Shown: positions 37,668 through 49,589 of the stretch, in pieces | Layout of the letters: each line of letters starts with the position of its first letter | How positions within the stretch are numbered: the stretch's first letter is position 1 | Assembly (NCBI GenBank): GCA_051294905.1 | Contig: CM119371.1 | Span: forward strand, 6,016,001-6,076,000 | Reading direction: 5' to 3' | Length of the DNA stretch: 60,000 bases | From: Botryllus schlosseri | Taxonomy: Eukaryota | The notes under the pieces: model-generated | Database searches by the model: none | Seen by the model: the letters and a program-made list of their open reading frames with translations, nothing else | What the model was told of the DNA's origin: nothing | Made by a program: the position numbers and the translations under genes

Positions 37668-38466
37668 CAGGGTTGCCAGATTGGCCCTTTCGGGGCCAAA
37701 TTCCTGAAATTTGGCCCTTTTTAGAGGCAGTTGGCCCCAAAATTATAATTTGGCCCCTTGGCCCTTTATTTTCAATTTTTGGCCCTTTTTGGAAGCAGTT
37801 GAGACATACCGTCAAACCAAGTATTCAAATAAATCTATCTCTCGCAAATTGAGCTGACAATGTTTATGCCAATGTCAAAGATTTGAGTGGAAACACTGTA
37901 GAAGATTTGGATTTGTTTTTGTAGAATGTAGACTGTGTTGGAATTGTAAATATAGATTTGTGAACAGGTGGACGAAAAAGCATCGAACATGGCTGGAAGC
38001 TATGTAGCAGAAAAAGTCTGAAGAATAGCACCCTTATAGTACTTAATGATTGATAGAAATTTCAAAGAAAAATTCAACATAACCGTAGAGTTTTTTGGTG
38101 AAAGACCTAAAAATTAGGTGTATAAGTTGGATAATTTTCAAATGTAAAGAAACTATTCTCTCAATGTTTAATTAAAATTCATAAAATTTAATCACTCTCA
38201 TATTAAAGCACAAAAAGTTTCATTTTACGATTTTATATTCAGTCGGAAAAGGCTTGAAATAATGAAGCAGTTAGTGTAGTTGGATCCAGTGTAGTTGCCG
38301 GTAGTGGATTTGGTGTCCTACAACATTATCAACAATATAAAACTGGAATTCCAGGTGTCTATGGGTAATGTTGCAACGTTATTGACGTTATTGAACAGTT
38401 TGGCTCTTTTTGGCCCCTTTCCGGCGCTGTTTGGCCCTTTTTCGCAAAAGATGTCTGGCAACCCTG
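37668..38466. mobile_element. MITE with an 8-bp TSD
   Basis: TIR CAGGGTTGCCAGA...TCTGGCAACCCTG; TSD ACGATGAA; ttggcccc subterminal repeats. Confidence 0.92.
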
Positions 38467-39046
38467 ACGATGAAGAGGGCGGGGTTTCGATTTTTATAGC
38501 ATCAATTCATTAGGGTTAAGTAATGCGTAAATGACGATTATACAATCGCCTCGCGTTGATGAACTTACGCGTTAGATAAGCTTGCCAACGTGTCCGGAAG
38601 TGCTGTTAATTAGCGAGTCCCTGATCTCTCGCGAACAATTGAATACGCGGGCTTTCTCAACGCGTATTACGCGCATATCAACGCATATTACGTAACCTCG
38701 GCGACAATTTGCACAAGTCAAAATGTCCGAATTATTATGGAATCTGTTCTATAATGGCACCGATTTCAGGTGGTTCAATTTCAAACCTTTCTCATCTTTT
38801 ATAACTCAAGCATTGACACACATCTTCCGATGGTTATGTTCAAGTATTAGCGAAAATCAATCAAGTATGTACGCACTGTCGCACATACATGTTTGAGGTC
38901 GATTGCGGACATTCCATGTCATTCAGTTTAGCGATGTCATTCTTTAATCACAATCGCAAATCCGCATACAATCCATCGAGAGATAGGAGCCAAAGCTAGG
39001 CCTGAGACGCGATCGTCAGGCTAGCGGTGATATCTTTCGTATCAGG

Positions 39047-39190
39047 CAGGGCATGGTATGGTATGGTATGGAAGTATGGTATGGTATGGATCGATATTTT
39101 GATATGGAATATGGAACAATGCAAGTATGGTATGGAATTGAAGATTTTAATCTATGGTATGGAATGACAATTCCATACTTCCATACTTTG
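39047..39190. repeat. (TATGG)n-rich element terminus; related copy at 52420-52560
   Basis: Both copies start CAGGGCATGGTATGGTATGGTATGGAA. Confidence 0.7.
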
Positions 39191-40166
39191 GTGTTTTATA
39201 CCTTTTATTATGATCTGTGCAAGCTTTATGAAGCGTACGTTGTTCGCTGTTCACGGAATACGATCGCTTTTGTTATGTGTGAACGTGAACTATTGAACGC
39301 TGTGTAGGAACAAATACACGCTTGTGCTACGGTTTTAGGAGCACTTGGAATGGCATGATTTTGTGATGTAATAATGACAACAGTAATGTTGATCCGATAT
39401 TCTGTTGAGTCTAGACACGACGTCTCCGAACATAGTCTATCATGTGACGCAATAATTTGTAATGTTGGCAAGTTGGAGTTGCCAACTCAATGAATGGAAG
39501 ATTTTAATCTATGGAACGACATTTCCTTACTTCCAGACTTTAGTGTTTTACACCTTTTATCGTGATCTGTGAAGCGTATCGTGTCACGTTGCTTTTGGTG
39601 TTTACTTTGCGCGACTTTTACTTTTACGAGTTGCCGTAGTATTGTGACGTCATAATTCTTCCACGCCGGTGACGTCATCGTCGCATGTAGACGCACTTCA
39701 TATTTCGGCCGTTCACGATGAATTTGCAACAGGCTGATATTTCAGAAGGGGTTGAAGGGGTGGACGTAGAACACGATATAATACTCCCAAGTGTACGAAA
39801 CGCTGATTACACAATTATTGAATTGCAACTAAATATTAGAGTTAGAATGACCATTTAAAACTGACGGGGTTTCGTGTTTCAAATAGGGAGTTCGACCTCC
39901 GAAACCCCGCGCAAACGCGCGTATCGAAATCAAAGACGCCTCTAACGAGGTCGCATCGATTTGTCTTAATACTAATTACTGGTCACAAATCACTTGGGCA
40001 ACATGCTAGAAGCTGTCCTCCAAGTCTGAAATATCGGCATATACAAGTCTATTCTAGTCGTTGGGCAAATAATTTCTTTTAATGCGTCTCTAGAACTACT
40101 CAAAAACCAGTAGCTAGTTGACCGTCAAACTAGCTTGGTAGTGGGAGACTTTTCAAGTGGACCAAC

Positions 40167-43100
40167 CTGGCTGTACACAAAATACACGCCGCTTGTCTCA
40201 ACCTGAAACGTGCCGTTGTGCGTGTAAATTCTGTAGTTTGCGTCGTTGCTGCTCGATTTTTTCACCCAATGATGCAAAATTCCTCTGTCTACATCAAACA
40301 GGCCACCGTCACTATGTAGCAAGAACACAAGACACCAGAAATATATACTTACCATATCGGACTCTCACACTCGGCGAGCCATCACCGGTAACATGCATGA
40401 AACTCAACTTGAACTGAGAAAAAAAAGGGAGATATGTTTTACCAGCAAGTCTCAGCCCGATGGCATGTCGTGTCAAGTATATACCAGTTTACAAGGCGAC
40501 GTGCAGTACGCCACATCATTTACATATCAACGATTTGACAAACCGCGTTTTCACAATGCATCGCAAGATTTGCCGCACGACACATTCAGGAAGCCATCGT
40601 GGCTTGTAAGGAAAGGAGATCTGCTTCACAAAACTGTTATGTTCGCGCATTTACGTTCAGTGTTGTTCATCTCCTCTTTTCTTTAGGACTAGTAATTACC
40701 GCCAATCATTATTTCCTCGTGTGTCGTGCTTGTATTTATACCCTGTGTTCTGTTGTCTCGTGGTCTTTCGTTTAACTGCACTCTGGATCGTGTCGCCTGT
40801 CTCAAGTTATTCTGCTGTACAATATACTGATTTCTTATTGCAACCTCGTCGCATTGAGTTATTGTTCAAACAAGATCTAGAACATAACAATTGGTGTCAG
40901 AAGTCGGATTCATAGTTATTTCTGCGACGAAGATAAAGCATGGATTCAGGTATATTGAAGCTGCTCGAGAAGCAGCAGGCAATGATGGCGAGTCTACATG
41001 AAACAATGGCAAATCAAAAAGCTCAGCTGGAGCAGCAAAATGCTCGGCACAGAGAAGATCTGGTCCAACAACGCGCACAGCACAAAGAGGAGATGGCGCA
41101 GCACAAAGAAGGTATGGCACAGCAAAAGCTGCAGCACGAGGAAGCGATATCGCAATTAGCGCAGAGGTTGAGTCCCGGTACGTCAACATCTGAAGCTACC
41201 GCTCCCAAGTTTGATTCGTTCATAAAATCAAAGGAGAAATGGGACCAGTATCTGCAACGATTCAACCATCACCTTGCAATTTACGGCATTTCCAACATGG
41301 AGAAGAAACGAGCGTGTTTACTCTCATGGGTCGGACCTGAAACGTACTCGCTCCTACGTAATTTGTTTGGTGCTGCTGATGTCAGTGCGCAAACCTTCGA
41401 CGCGTTGACCGAGAAGTTGTCTACACACTTCAAGGACTCCATTCATGTGCAAGCAGCCAGGTACGAATTTTACAATTGCAAAATGCAGCCGGGACAATCG
41501 TACGCCGATTGGATCGCAACTCTACGCGGAATCTCAAAAGATTGCAACTTCATATGCTCAAGAGATGGCTGTGATCAGAGCTACGTTGATGAGCTAATGC
41601 GCGATCTCATCATTAAAGAAACGCCGCACGCGGATGTGAGACGGCATTGTCTAACACAAACCAATCCATCCCTCGACGACGTTCTCAAAGTAGCCGCAAC
41701 ATACGTGAGAACGCTGGAAACTGATAGGGTTATCCAGGGCGAGAGTAGCGGTAAAGACACTTCCGTCGTCAACAAAATGACGGGAAGTTATCAGAAGGGG
41801 AAAAAACCTTCCAAATCCAACCAAGGCAACTTCCCGGAAAGACTGAAATCCTGCAGCCGCTGTTTCATCGATCACCAGAGAAAAGACTGTCAATATCGAC
41901 ATTCAGTATGTCAGAAATGTGGTCGTAAAGGTCATATCAAACCTGTGTGCATGTCCAAACCTAGTATCACGCAACAGGTCACATCCGTCAATTTCTGCTC
42001 AGTGCCACTCCTCTCCTTCGACATCGATCAACTATATCGACGCGTAGGAAACCAGCTCTGGATCAACTCCAGCATCAACGGAATTCCGTTGCCGACACAG
42101 TGGGACACTGGTGCACCCTCCGCCATGGTGGGATTGACTGGGTACAAAACTTTGGGCTCTCCGAAAGTCTCGGCATACCATTGCTCTTTCGTAGCGTACG
42201 GCGACAAGCCACTGAAAGTGAAAGGTATTTGCACTGTGACCGTGCAGGTGGGTTCTGAAGTTCGAGTTGGCTTAAAATTGGTGGTTCTCGACGAACACCG
42301 TGGGCAAAACATTTTTGGTATTGAATGGAGCGATGCTTTCTCCATGACCGCTAAGGGGACGTCTGCTTTGGATGCAATTTCCTCGCAGATGGTCAAATCG
42401 CAATCATGTAATACTATTGGCATTTCTGATTCGAACGACAAATTGGTATCTTTTCAGTCCAAATTTCCCTCCGTTTTCTCTAATGTATTAGGACGATGCA
42501 CCAAGACAAAGGTGACAATTCACTTGAAACCTAATGCCAAGCCCGTATTTAACAAGCCACGCCCTTTGCCTTTCGCAAGGCAAATCGCTGTTCAAACCGA
42601 ATTGGATAGATTAGTCAATCAAGGTATCCTTGAACCAATCAATTACAGTGATTGGGCAGCACCAATTGTTGCCGTCACTAAGTCTAATGGATCAGTACGC
42701 ATTTGTGGCGACTTCAAAGCATTGAATCAACAAATTCAGATAGATCAACATCCCCTGCCCTCCTTGGATGAAATTCTTCACAAGTTACAGGGTGGTTGTA
42801 TTTTCACGAAAATTGATCTTGCCGATGCTTATTTTCAGCTAGAATTAGATGATGATGCGATGAATTTGTGTGTCATCAACACGCAATTCGGTCTATTCCG
42901 TTATCGACGCATGTGTTTCGGAGTCGCATCTAGTCCCGCAAATTTTCAACGCTGTATTGATGCCATGATCGCCGGCTTACCCGGTGTTGCTAGTTTTATC
43001 GATGACATAATCGTTACTGGCTTTGATGAACGCGATCATTTTCGCAACCTTGGTCATATAATCGACAAGGACGGCAAACGCCCGTCTCACAAATCCGTTG

Positions 43101-46100
43101 AAGCAATCAAACAGTTGCCTAAACCTCAGGATGTTCGCCAGCTACAGGCGTTCCTGGGCAAAGTCAATTATTATCGCGCGTTTATTCCTTATTTCACGAA
43201 TAAAGCCGCTGCCTTGTATCGCCTTCTTCAAAAAGACGCGAAATTCATTTGGATTTTTCTTGGTTTTCGACTCGCAAACATTCGCTTTCTTTCTCTGCAC
43301 GAAGACATAGTCATGCTCAATATTGATGGTTTTCAGCGCGTAGTAATCCCGCAGTCACTTCGCTCGCGAGTCTTATCATTGTTGCACGAAGGACATTGGG
43401 GTATCGCGAAAATGAAGCAGATGGCTCGACGTTACATCGCATGGCCTTCCATTAATCGCGACATTGAAAATCTCGTTAAGAGTTGCGACGCTTGCCGTAA
43501 GGTAATGAAAGCGCAGTATCGCGAATGGCCTAAAACGTCTGAAAGCTTTGAACGGATTCACTTGGATTTCGCAGGTCCAATAAAAAATAAGATGTTTCTT
43601 GTCATCGTCGATGCGCATTCGAAATATCCTTTCGTTAAAGTAATGAATGTCGGTTCTACCACAACCTTGTGTGTGGTCAACGCTTTGAGGGAAGTCTTCT
43701 CTATCGAAGGCTTGCCCATAACAATTGTCACGGATGGCGGGCCGCAATTCACATCGAATGAATTCGATACGTTTTGTTCTAATTTGGCAATCAGCCATAT
43801 CGTATCACCGTCTTTTCACCCTGCCTCTAACGGGGAAGCGGAGCGTTTCGTCCAGACTCTAAAAGCTGGATTGATAAAAAATTGCGACGGGGGAAAAGAT
43901 CTCAACTTCGCGCTCCAAACACTTCTCGCTACGTACCGATGTGCACCGCACCCGGGCATAGACTGGAAAACGCCTGCCGAGATTTTACATGGTCGACAGC
44001 CGCGCAATTTGTTAAGTTTGTGCTCGCCCTTCGACAAATCGAAACCCGTTACGCCTAGACAATCAGTCACTCATTTTGAGATTGGTTCCTCGGTTTACGC
44101 TCGTAGTTACCGACGGGGACCAAAGTGGGTTGCTGGCGTGGTAACGGAAATACTGGGGCGGGCGTGTTGTGTACATTGCAAAAACAGATCATGGGTATTG
44201 GAGAAGGCATAAGAACCAACTCCAACCACGCTTGATTTCAGCTGGCGATAATAATACAGCCACACAGGAAGTTGCTCAGCCTCCGCAGTCGCAAGCTGAG
44301 CAACCATTGGTTAGGAACAGGGCCCAAGGTCCTGCAGCTAGTCCTGCCCGTACGTCGGGTAGACGTTATCCTCTGAGGAATAGGAAACCCCCGGATTTCT
44401 ATAGACCTACGTAAATGTGGGCATCCCTTTAACTTACAGGGGAGGACTGTTATGTTCGCGCATTTACGTTCAGTGTTGTTCATCTCCTCTTTTCTTTAGG
44501 ACTAGTAATTACCGCCAATCATTATTTCCTCGTGTGTCGTGCTTGTATTTATACCCTGTGTTCTGTTGTCTCGTGGTCTTTCGTTTAACTGCACTCTGGA
44601 TCGTGTCGCCTGTCTCAAGTTATTCTGCTGTACAATATACTGATTTCTTATTGCAACCTCGTCGCATTGAGTTATTGTTCAAACAAGATCTAGAACATAA
44701 CAAAAACAACAACCTGCGTTTGTGGAGCCAGGCAGTAAATTTGAATCATAAATTTATAGAAACTTCAGTAGGAGTTTGAAACCAGTCTTCATTAAATTCA
44801 TGATTTGAACCATGCTAATACAAGTATATTACATTTATAGGGCTTCTCCAAGGTACAGAACTTCTAGATAAAATTGCACGATAGTATATTCATATTGAAA
44901 TATACCTGAATATTTTCGGCTGACACTCGTCAATGGTCTTCGTCTATGGCTAGTAGAAAATTGGAAAGAACATTATATATCAGGTGTGGGCAATTATTTT
45001 TCCCCGTGGGCCAAATGAGAAGCAGAAAGATGTTGGTGGGCCGAGTAAGAAATTTTAGAAGATCCAGTGTATTGATTTTATTTCTAAATTGAAAGCAGTG
45101 AATTGTACCAATTGGTGCTGAGTGGATGTGTTGATATTGGGAAATGACAGAGTGGCGGCTAATTACCCAAGAAATATTTATTTGCCGTCATATTTTGAAA
45201 CAATGTTGAACATGCTACATCTTGAAGTTTGTTCAAACTCCTGTCCGCGTTTTTCTATCAATAAATTAAAATGTATTTAGAATGGCCGGAACAACCCGTC
45301 GTCATTCCCCTAAACCAGAGGTCTCAAACTCAAATGTGCTCGCGGGCCAATTTCTTAGTTTTGATGACGCCGCGGGCCGCACCACCAATAATAGGGATGT
45401 TCAACGCAGACGCAGAATTTCCAAGTAGGCCTTATTTGACGGGAGCTTGAAGACAGGCATTCCAGAAACATTGTGAAGATGTAACTTACTATTGTACTAT
45501 TCACGCTTGACACGAGATCTTATTTTTAAATATTTTAATAAAATTGATTTTATGCCGGGCAATTTTTTAGTTATAGACATCATCAGAGAGGATGCATCAT
45601 GATTCATGACATCGTCAAACTGTCAGGTTATAATATTGCAGCTAGTGGTCCTTTGACGTGCCACAATTTTATGTATAATATTCAAAAATCTACTGAAGGT
45701 CCACGCGGTCCGCCGGGTCCCCGCTTTTCCGGTGGTCCAGCCGGTCCGGGAATGCCGGCCGGACCTAGGATAGCATCTCCTTTATCACCGGGTGGGCCTC
45801 GTCCGCCTGGCGGTCCGGCTCTACCATCTCTACCGTCTCTCCCTGGAGGTCCAGCAATATCTGAGCGATATAGTCAATTAAATTTTGACAAGCTAGTCGA
45901 ATCAAATTAGTAGTAACACATACAACGCGGATGGTGTTGAATAAGTTTCCCAGACCCGGAACGCAAGTATGATTCATGATCGGCAATAGCTCCTGTCTGG
46001 AACAACAAAGCAATGAAAACCGGCTAAAAAAGGACAATTTCTCTGGAAACAGGAGGATAAAATCGCAAATTTTACTATGGATCGCATCAATGGTTTGTTT

Positions 46101-48383
46101 AAAAATTTAGTTCAACAAATACTTGCAAGCTGTTATACGGTTTTTGAGGCAAAACACCCACTAAGACTTATATTTCTAGTCGCTGAAACATGATCTTATT
46201 GTACTAATACAACGAAGTATTTATAGTAGTACTGGAGTTAGTATTATCAAGGACAATAGATGATCACTAGCAAAATACTTCTAATTAAATGTATTACAAT
46301 TGATTTTGCCTTACTTTGCCTTACTTGCCTTACTTGCACTACTGAATCAAGTGCTTAGGTTTTAAGACTAGTTCAAATTCTAACTTATGGTTATCAGCTT
46401 TTTGACCAGAACTAGGCCTAGAATGCTAGACACTACTTCTACTTGAGTAGTAACAATGAATAGCATTTCCACCTCCACCATACTATTAATATCACTGTTT
46501 GTACACTAGTATTTGAATATATTGGTATGAATATAGAACCGAATTGCCATAGCTACATATCCAAAAGCGATCTCGCCATATTAGATGCAAGAGAATAATA
46601 AATCACAGCTTTCATAACACTACAAATAATAGAGCAAGCTTGCTTAATATCATGTGTCTGGGTAACTAACAACAATGTATGCAAATCTGGCAAAAATTAT
46701 TTAGGGAGGATAGAATGTTTTGGAGTTACTTAGTAGAGCTCAACTCATAATAGAACCAATAAGGATCTATAAACCAGAAAGAGTAGTCCATTTAACATCA
46801 CCATACATAAGAGAATATTTTCAGCCTTTATTGATGAGCAACAACATAGACAGATTTACTAGTCTCATTTTCATGGCACAGCGCCCCTCATACTGAGCAC
46901 AGTGAGTGGTATAGTATTGAAGTCAGTGCTTGAGTGATATAATATTGACTTAAAAAATCCTACTCGTCCACACAATGAAATTTATCAACGTGCTGAACTG
47001 AGTACTTCACTAATTTCATTCCTAGTATTCAGGAGAAAGACACTAATTTAGTACAGTTTATACATAAGAGAATATTTTCAGCCTTTATTGATGAGCAACA
47101 ACATAGACAGATTTACTAGTCTCATTTTCATGGCACAGCGCCCCTCATACTGAGCACAGTGAGTGGTATAGTATTGAAGTGAGTGCTTGAGTGATATAAT
47201 ATTGACTTAAAAAATCCTACTCGTCCACACAATGAAATTTATCAACGTGCTGAACTGAGTACTTCACTAATTTCATTCCTAGTATTCAGGAGAAAGACAC
47301 TAATTTAGTACAGTTTATACCATCGCAAAGATAATTAGGTAGGTAGATAATTACGCTTGGAAACACAGTAAATAAAACATAGGCTTATTCGGCACCAGGT
47401 ACATATCATGTGCTGTCTGTACAGTGAGCACTTTACAAAAACAGTAATTCCACTGAAAATTGTGTTGTTTATTCCGAATACTGTGATTAATGTGCGTGAT
47501 GGCAATCAAGATACGTTGCCAACGTTTGAAGTTGGTATTTGTAAAAGCATTGTGTCTGCTATAGAATTTGGCAGGAAACGATAACGGCTGGCATTTGCAT
47601 TTTGACTTCACAGTAAGTAGACCTACCTATCAAGGATCCAATCAGGGTTGTCACGAAGTCACAAGTCAATCTTAGTTTTATAGTTTCGACTCAGGTCAAG
47701 TTCGTGTCCTAGTGTTGAGAGTCGAGTTGAAATCAGGTGTTCAACTCACTTTTTGAAACTTTCGAGTGCTATTGAATGCCTTGCAATCACAATATACTCA
47801 TTTTCTGACTCTTAAAACGATTACCGGTCTTCAGATAGATAATAGGCAGTTCCTGTTCCTGACTATTTTCAAGTAACTGCCCTAATACACAAGACTCGAA
47901 TAAAGTCATGTATCATGTCTCAACTCATGACCGCAATGACTCGAGTACAAATCGATACACAAAGCAACTCAAGTTGAGTCGAGTCAAATTGCATTTTGAA
48001 GAAAATGACTCGAGTCAAGTTTAGTCCACAAAAATTACGCATGACAAACCAGAGCCTACTCCATACGGTACTAAACTCAGTATTGTGAAAGTTACCTGTG
48101 CATTTCTACTCGCAGAAATGGCAAACCTTTCAGCCAACGCTACGGACAAGGTACCGAGGGTCTGGTCGTGGTCGTTGGACACCTGCGATTCTTCTAGTCG
48201 CACCTTGATGTACACGCTCTCTTCGGACAGCGTCAGATAGAGCATGATCCCCCCGATGATCATGAGTTTCAGAAAAAACACCAGCAGGACGAGGTAGATG
48301 CAGGGGCAGGACACGCGCCTTGACAGAAAACCTTTTATTTGGCATTCTCGTACTACATCCAAATCAATCTCATTGCGATGCAT
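40167..48383 (-). CDS. EDA-like: Ectodysplasin-A-like TNF superfamily ligand (type II TM, collagen, TNF domain); 3' exon(s) not found
   Basis: Phase-consistent exons 48383-48096 (TM IYLVLLVFFLKLMIIGGIMLYLTL), 45996-45924, 45860-45694 (Gly-X-Y with a 2-aa interruption), 40413-40353 (SFMHVTGDG), 40288-40167 (GILHHW...GTFQVETSGVYFVYSQ|gt). Confidence 0.75.
40635..44702 (+). mobile_element. Ty3/Gypsy LTR retrotransposon, Mag-like, very recent insertion in an intron of the EDA-like gene (antisense to it)
   Basis: Identical 255-bp LTRs (40635-40889 and 44448-44702; TGTTATGTTC...GAACATAACA); 5-bp TSD AAAAC; PBS TGGTGTCAGAAGT (tRNA-Leu-like) at 40892; PPT AGGGGAGGA at 44438-44446. Confidence 0.97.
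40940..44212 (+). CDS. Gag-Pol polyprotein (Gag, two zinc knuckles, protease, RT, integrase); RNase H deleted
   Basis: 1090-aa ORF; CX2CX3HX4C and CX2CX4HX4C knuckles, DTGA, FIDD, HEGH...CDAC, LDFAG/TDGG/EAERF; the natural C-terminus (WRRHKNQL...RYPLRNRKPP) continues in another frame to 44414. Confidence 0.93.
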   Translation: MDSGILKLLEKQQAMMASLHETMANQKAQLEQQNARHREDLVQQRAQHKEEMAQHKEGMAQQKLQHEEAISQLAQRLSPGTSTSEATAPKFDSFIKSKEKWDQYLQRFNHHLAIYGISNMEKKRACLLSWVGPETYSLLRNLFGAADVSAQTFDALTEKLSTHFKDSIHVQAARYEFYNCKMQPGQSYADWIATLRGISKDCNFICSRDGCDQSYVDELMRDLIIKETPHADVRRHCLTQTNPSLDDVLKVAATYVRTLETDRVIQGESSGKDTSVVNKMTGSYQKGKKPSKSNQGNFPERLKSCSRCFIDHQRKDCQYRHSVCQKCGRKGHIKPVCMSKPSITQQVTSVNFCSVPLLSFDIDQLYRRVGNQLWINSSINGIPLPTQWDTGAPSAMVGLTGYKTLGSPKVSAYHCSFVAYGDKPLKVKGICTVTVQVGSEVRVGLKLVVLDEHRGQNIFGIEWSDAFSMTAKGTSALDAISSQMVKSQSCNTIGISDSNDKLVSFQSKFPSVFSNVLGRCTKTKVTIHLKPNAKPVFNKPRPLPFARQIAVQTELDRLVNQGILEPINYSDWAAPIVAVTKSNGSVRICGDFKALNQQIQIDQHPLPSLDEILHKLQGGCIFTKIDLADAYFQLELDDDAMNLCVINTQFGLFRYRRMCFGVASSPANFQRCIDAMIAGLPGVASFIDDIIVTGFDERDHFRNLGHIIDKDGKRPSHKSVEAIKQLPKPQDVRQLQAFLGKVNYYRAFIPYFTNKAAALYRLLQKDAKFIWIFLGFRLANIRFLSLHEDIVMLNIDGFQRVVIPQSLRSRVLSLLHEGHWGIAKMKQMARRYIAWPSINRDIENLVKSCDACRKVMKAQYREWPKTSESFERIHLDFAGPIKNKMFLVIVDAHSKYPFVKVMNVGSTTTLCVVNALREVFSIEGLPITIVTDGGPQFTSNEFDTFCSNLAISHIVSPSFHPASNGEAERFVQTLKAGLIKNCDGGKDLNFALQTLLATYRCAPHPGIDWKTPAEILHGRQPRNLLSLCSPFDKSKPVTPRQSVTHFEIGSSVYARSYRRGPKWVAGVVTEILGRACCVHCKNRSWVLEKA
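44881..44974 (-). repeat. Second copy of the ~95-bp hammerhead-bearing repeat, with a degenerate core at 44904-44937
   Basis: Similar to 11782-11875; core reads UUGACGA and stem I is mismatched. Confidence 0.7.
46803..47320. repeat. 257-bp tandem duplication in intron 1 of the EDA-like gene
   Basis: Units start at 46803 and 47060; one substitution noticed; ATAC microhomology at the ends. Confidence 0.95.
47643..48020. mobile_element. Degenerate MITE of the GACTCGAGTC family
   Basis: CAGGGTTGTCACGAAGTCAC terminus and gactcgagtcaagt motifs as in 12029-12429. Confidence 0.55.
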
Positions 48384-49074
48384 TTTCTCAGCTACCAATG
48401 GAGATGCGTTAGAACTATGATTTCAATATTGTAACAGATCACAGACTAAGACAACAACTGAATGCTATACAAACAGACACTTGATAAGAGAAAATGGATA
48501 CGTTGTTGATACTAATAAAGGAATCACTGAGTTCTGCCAATATTGCAACTGTAAAAGGCTATATAAAAGCAATGAACCATGATCCCCAACTTGATTAACA
48601 TGGTTGTTTGGAAACTGATACTAATAACACATGATAAAGGTTGCTAATATATCAATCCTGCATGATCTACCACAAGCGTAGTGTATAAATATATCCATTA
48701 TGACTACGTCATCAAAACACATGCGGGACTAATATATTTGACCAGAATTCGGCTAGGCTGGCTGCTGAATTGATCGATTTAGAATTAAGCAATGTATTTC
48801 GCAGGCGCGTAGCCAGGGGGGGGTTCGGGGGTCGGAACCACCGACTTTTGAAGCGCGAAACCCCTTCCATTTACGCGAAACCCCTCTCGATGCATTTCAA
48901 TATTTCGTCGGTCGGTAGCACTAGCTAATTTGTAGCACGCTCTTGCGCAATGACATGACCGATACATACGATGGCTTTTTTCTCGCGTCTTCTCTCGTGT
49001 GCACAGTAGACGAGAGAGGGCTTTTTTTCACGTGCGTGCAAGGGAGACAAGGTCGTTATATCGTATAATGTAAT

Positions 49075-49589
49075 TAGGGCTGGGCAAAATCGAGTACCTG
49101 AGTGATTCGATTCTGAATCACGTAATGTGCTTCGAGTCGAGTCGAGTAATCGAGTATCACTCATTATGACGTCATAACAGGATGTACTATGTCGAAGTCC
49201 AAATATGAACCTTTTATGCCACCACAAAGAACGTAATGCTTGTTATCCGTCACTTTAAAGATACTTTGGTATTTTTTCTACCATACCGATTTCATTGCAC
49301 TTCTTAACAATTTTGGTGGATGATAATGACTTCGGAAATGTGTTATTTCCAGTAACGTTCGTAGCTTTAAACTGTGCCTGGTGTGCTGTAACACGGCCAA
49401 TCAAGGTTTCACGGCTTCCTCAGTGGAAAATAATATCAAAACTATAATTCTCGTCAGTAAATTAACTTTTAGTTGCGAGGACCGTATAATTTCAGTACTC
49501 GAAAAAATCGTATTTTACTACTCGACTCGAATCATTAAAATTACTACTCGATTCAGATTCGAGTACTCGAATCATTTTGCCCAGCCCTA
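49075..49589. mobile_element. hAT MITE, same family as 33371-33882 in opposite orientation
   Basis: TIR TAGGGCTGGGCAAAAT; TSD AATGTAAT. Confidence 0.95.

Noticed and set aside
39053..39307. WYG-repeat ORFs (also 52137-52644)
   Set aside because: Artefacts of (TATGG)n repeats
41023..44483. Minus-strand ORFs within the Gypsy element
   Set aside because: Short antisense frames of gag-pol with no recognisable motif and no env-like gene
45599..45910. Plus-strand Gly/Pro-rich ORF
   Set aside because: Antisense shadow of the minus-strand collagen exon; it lacks a regular Gly-X-Y register
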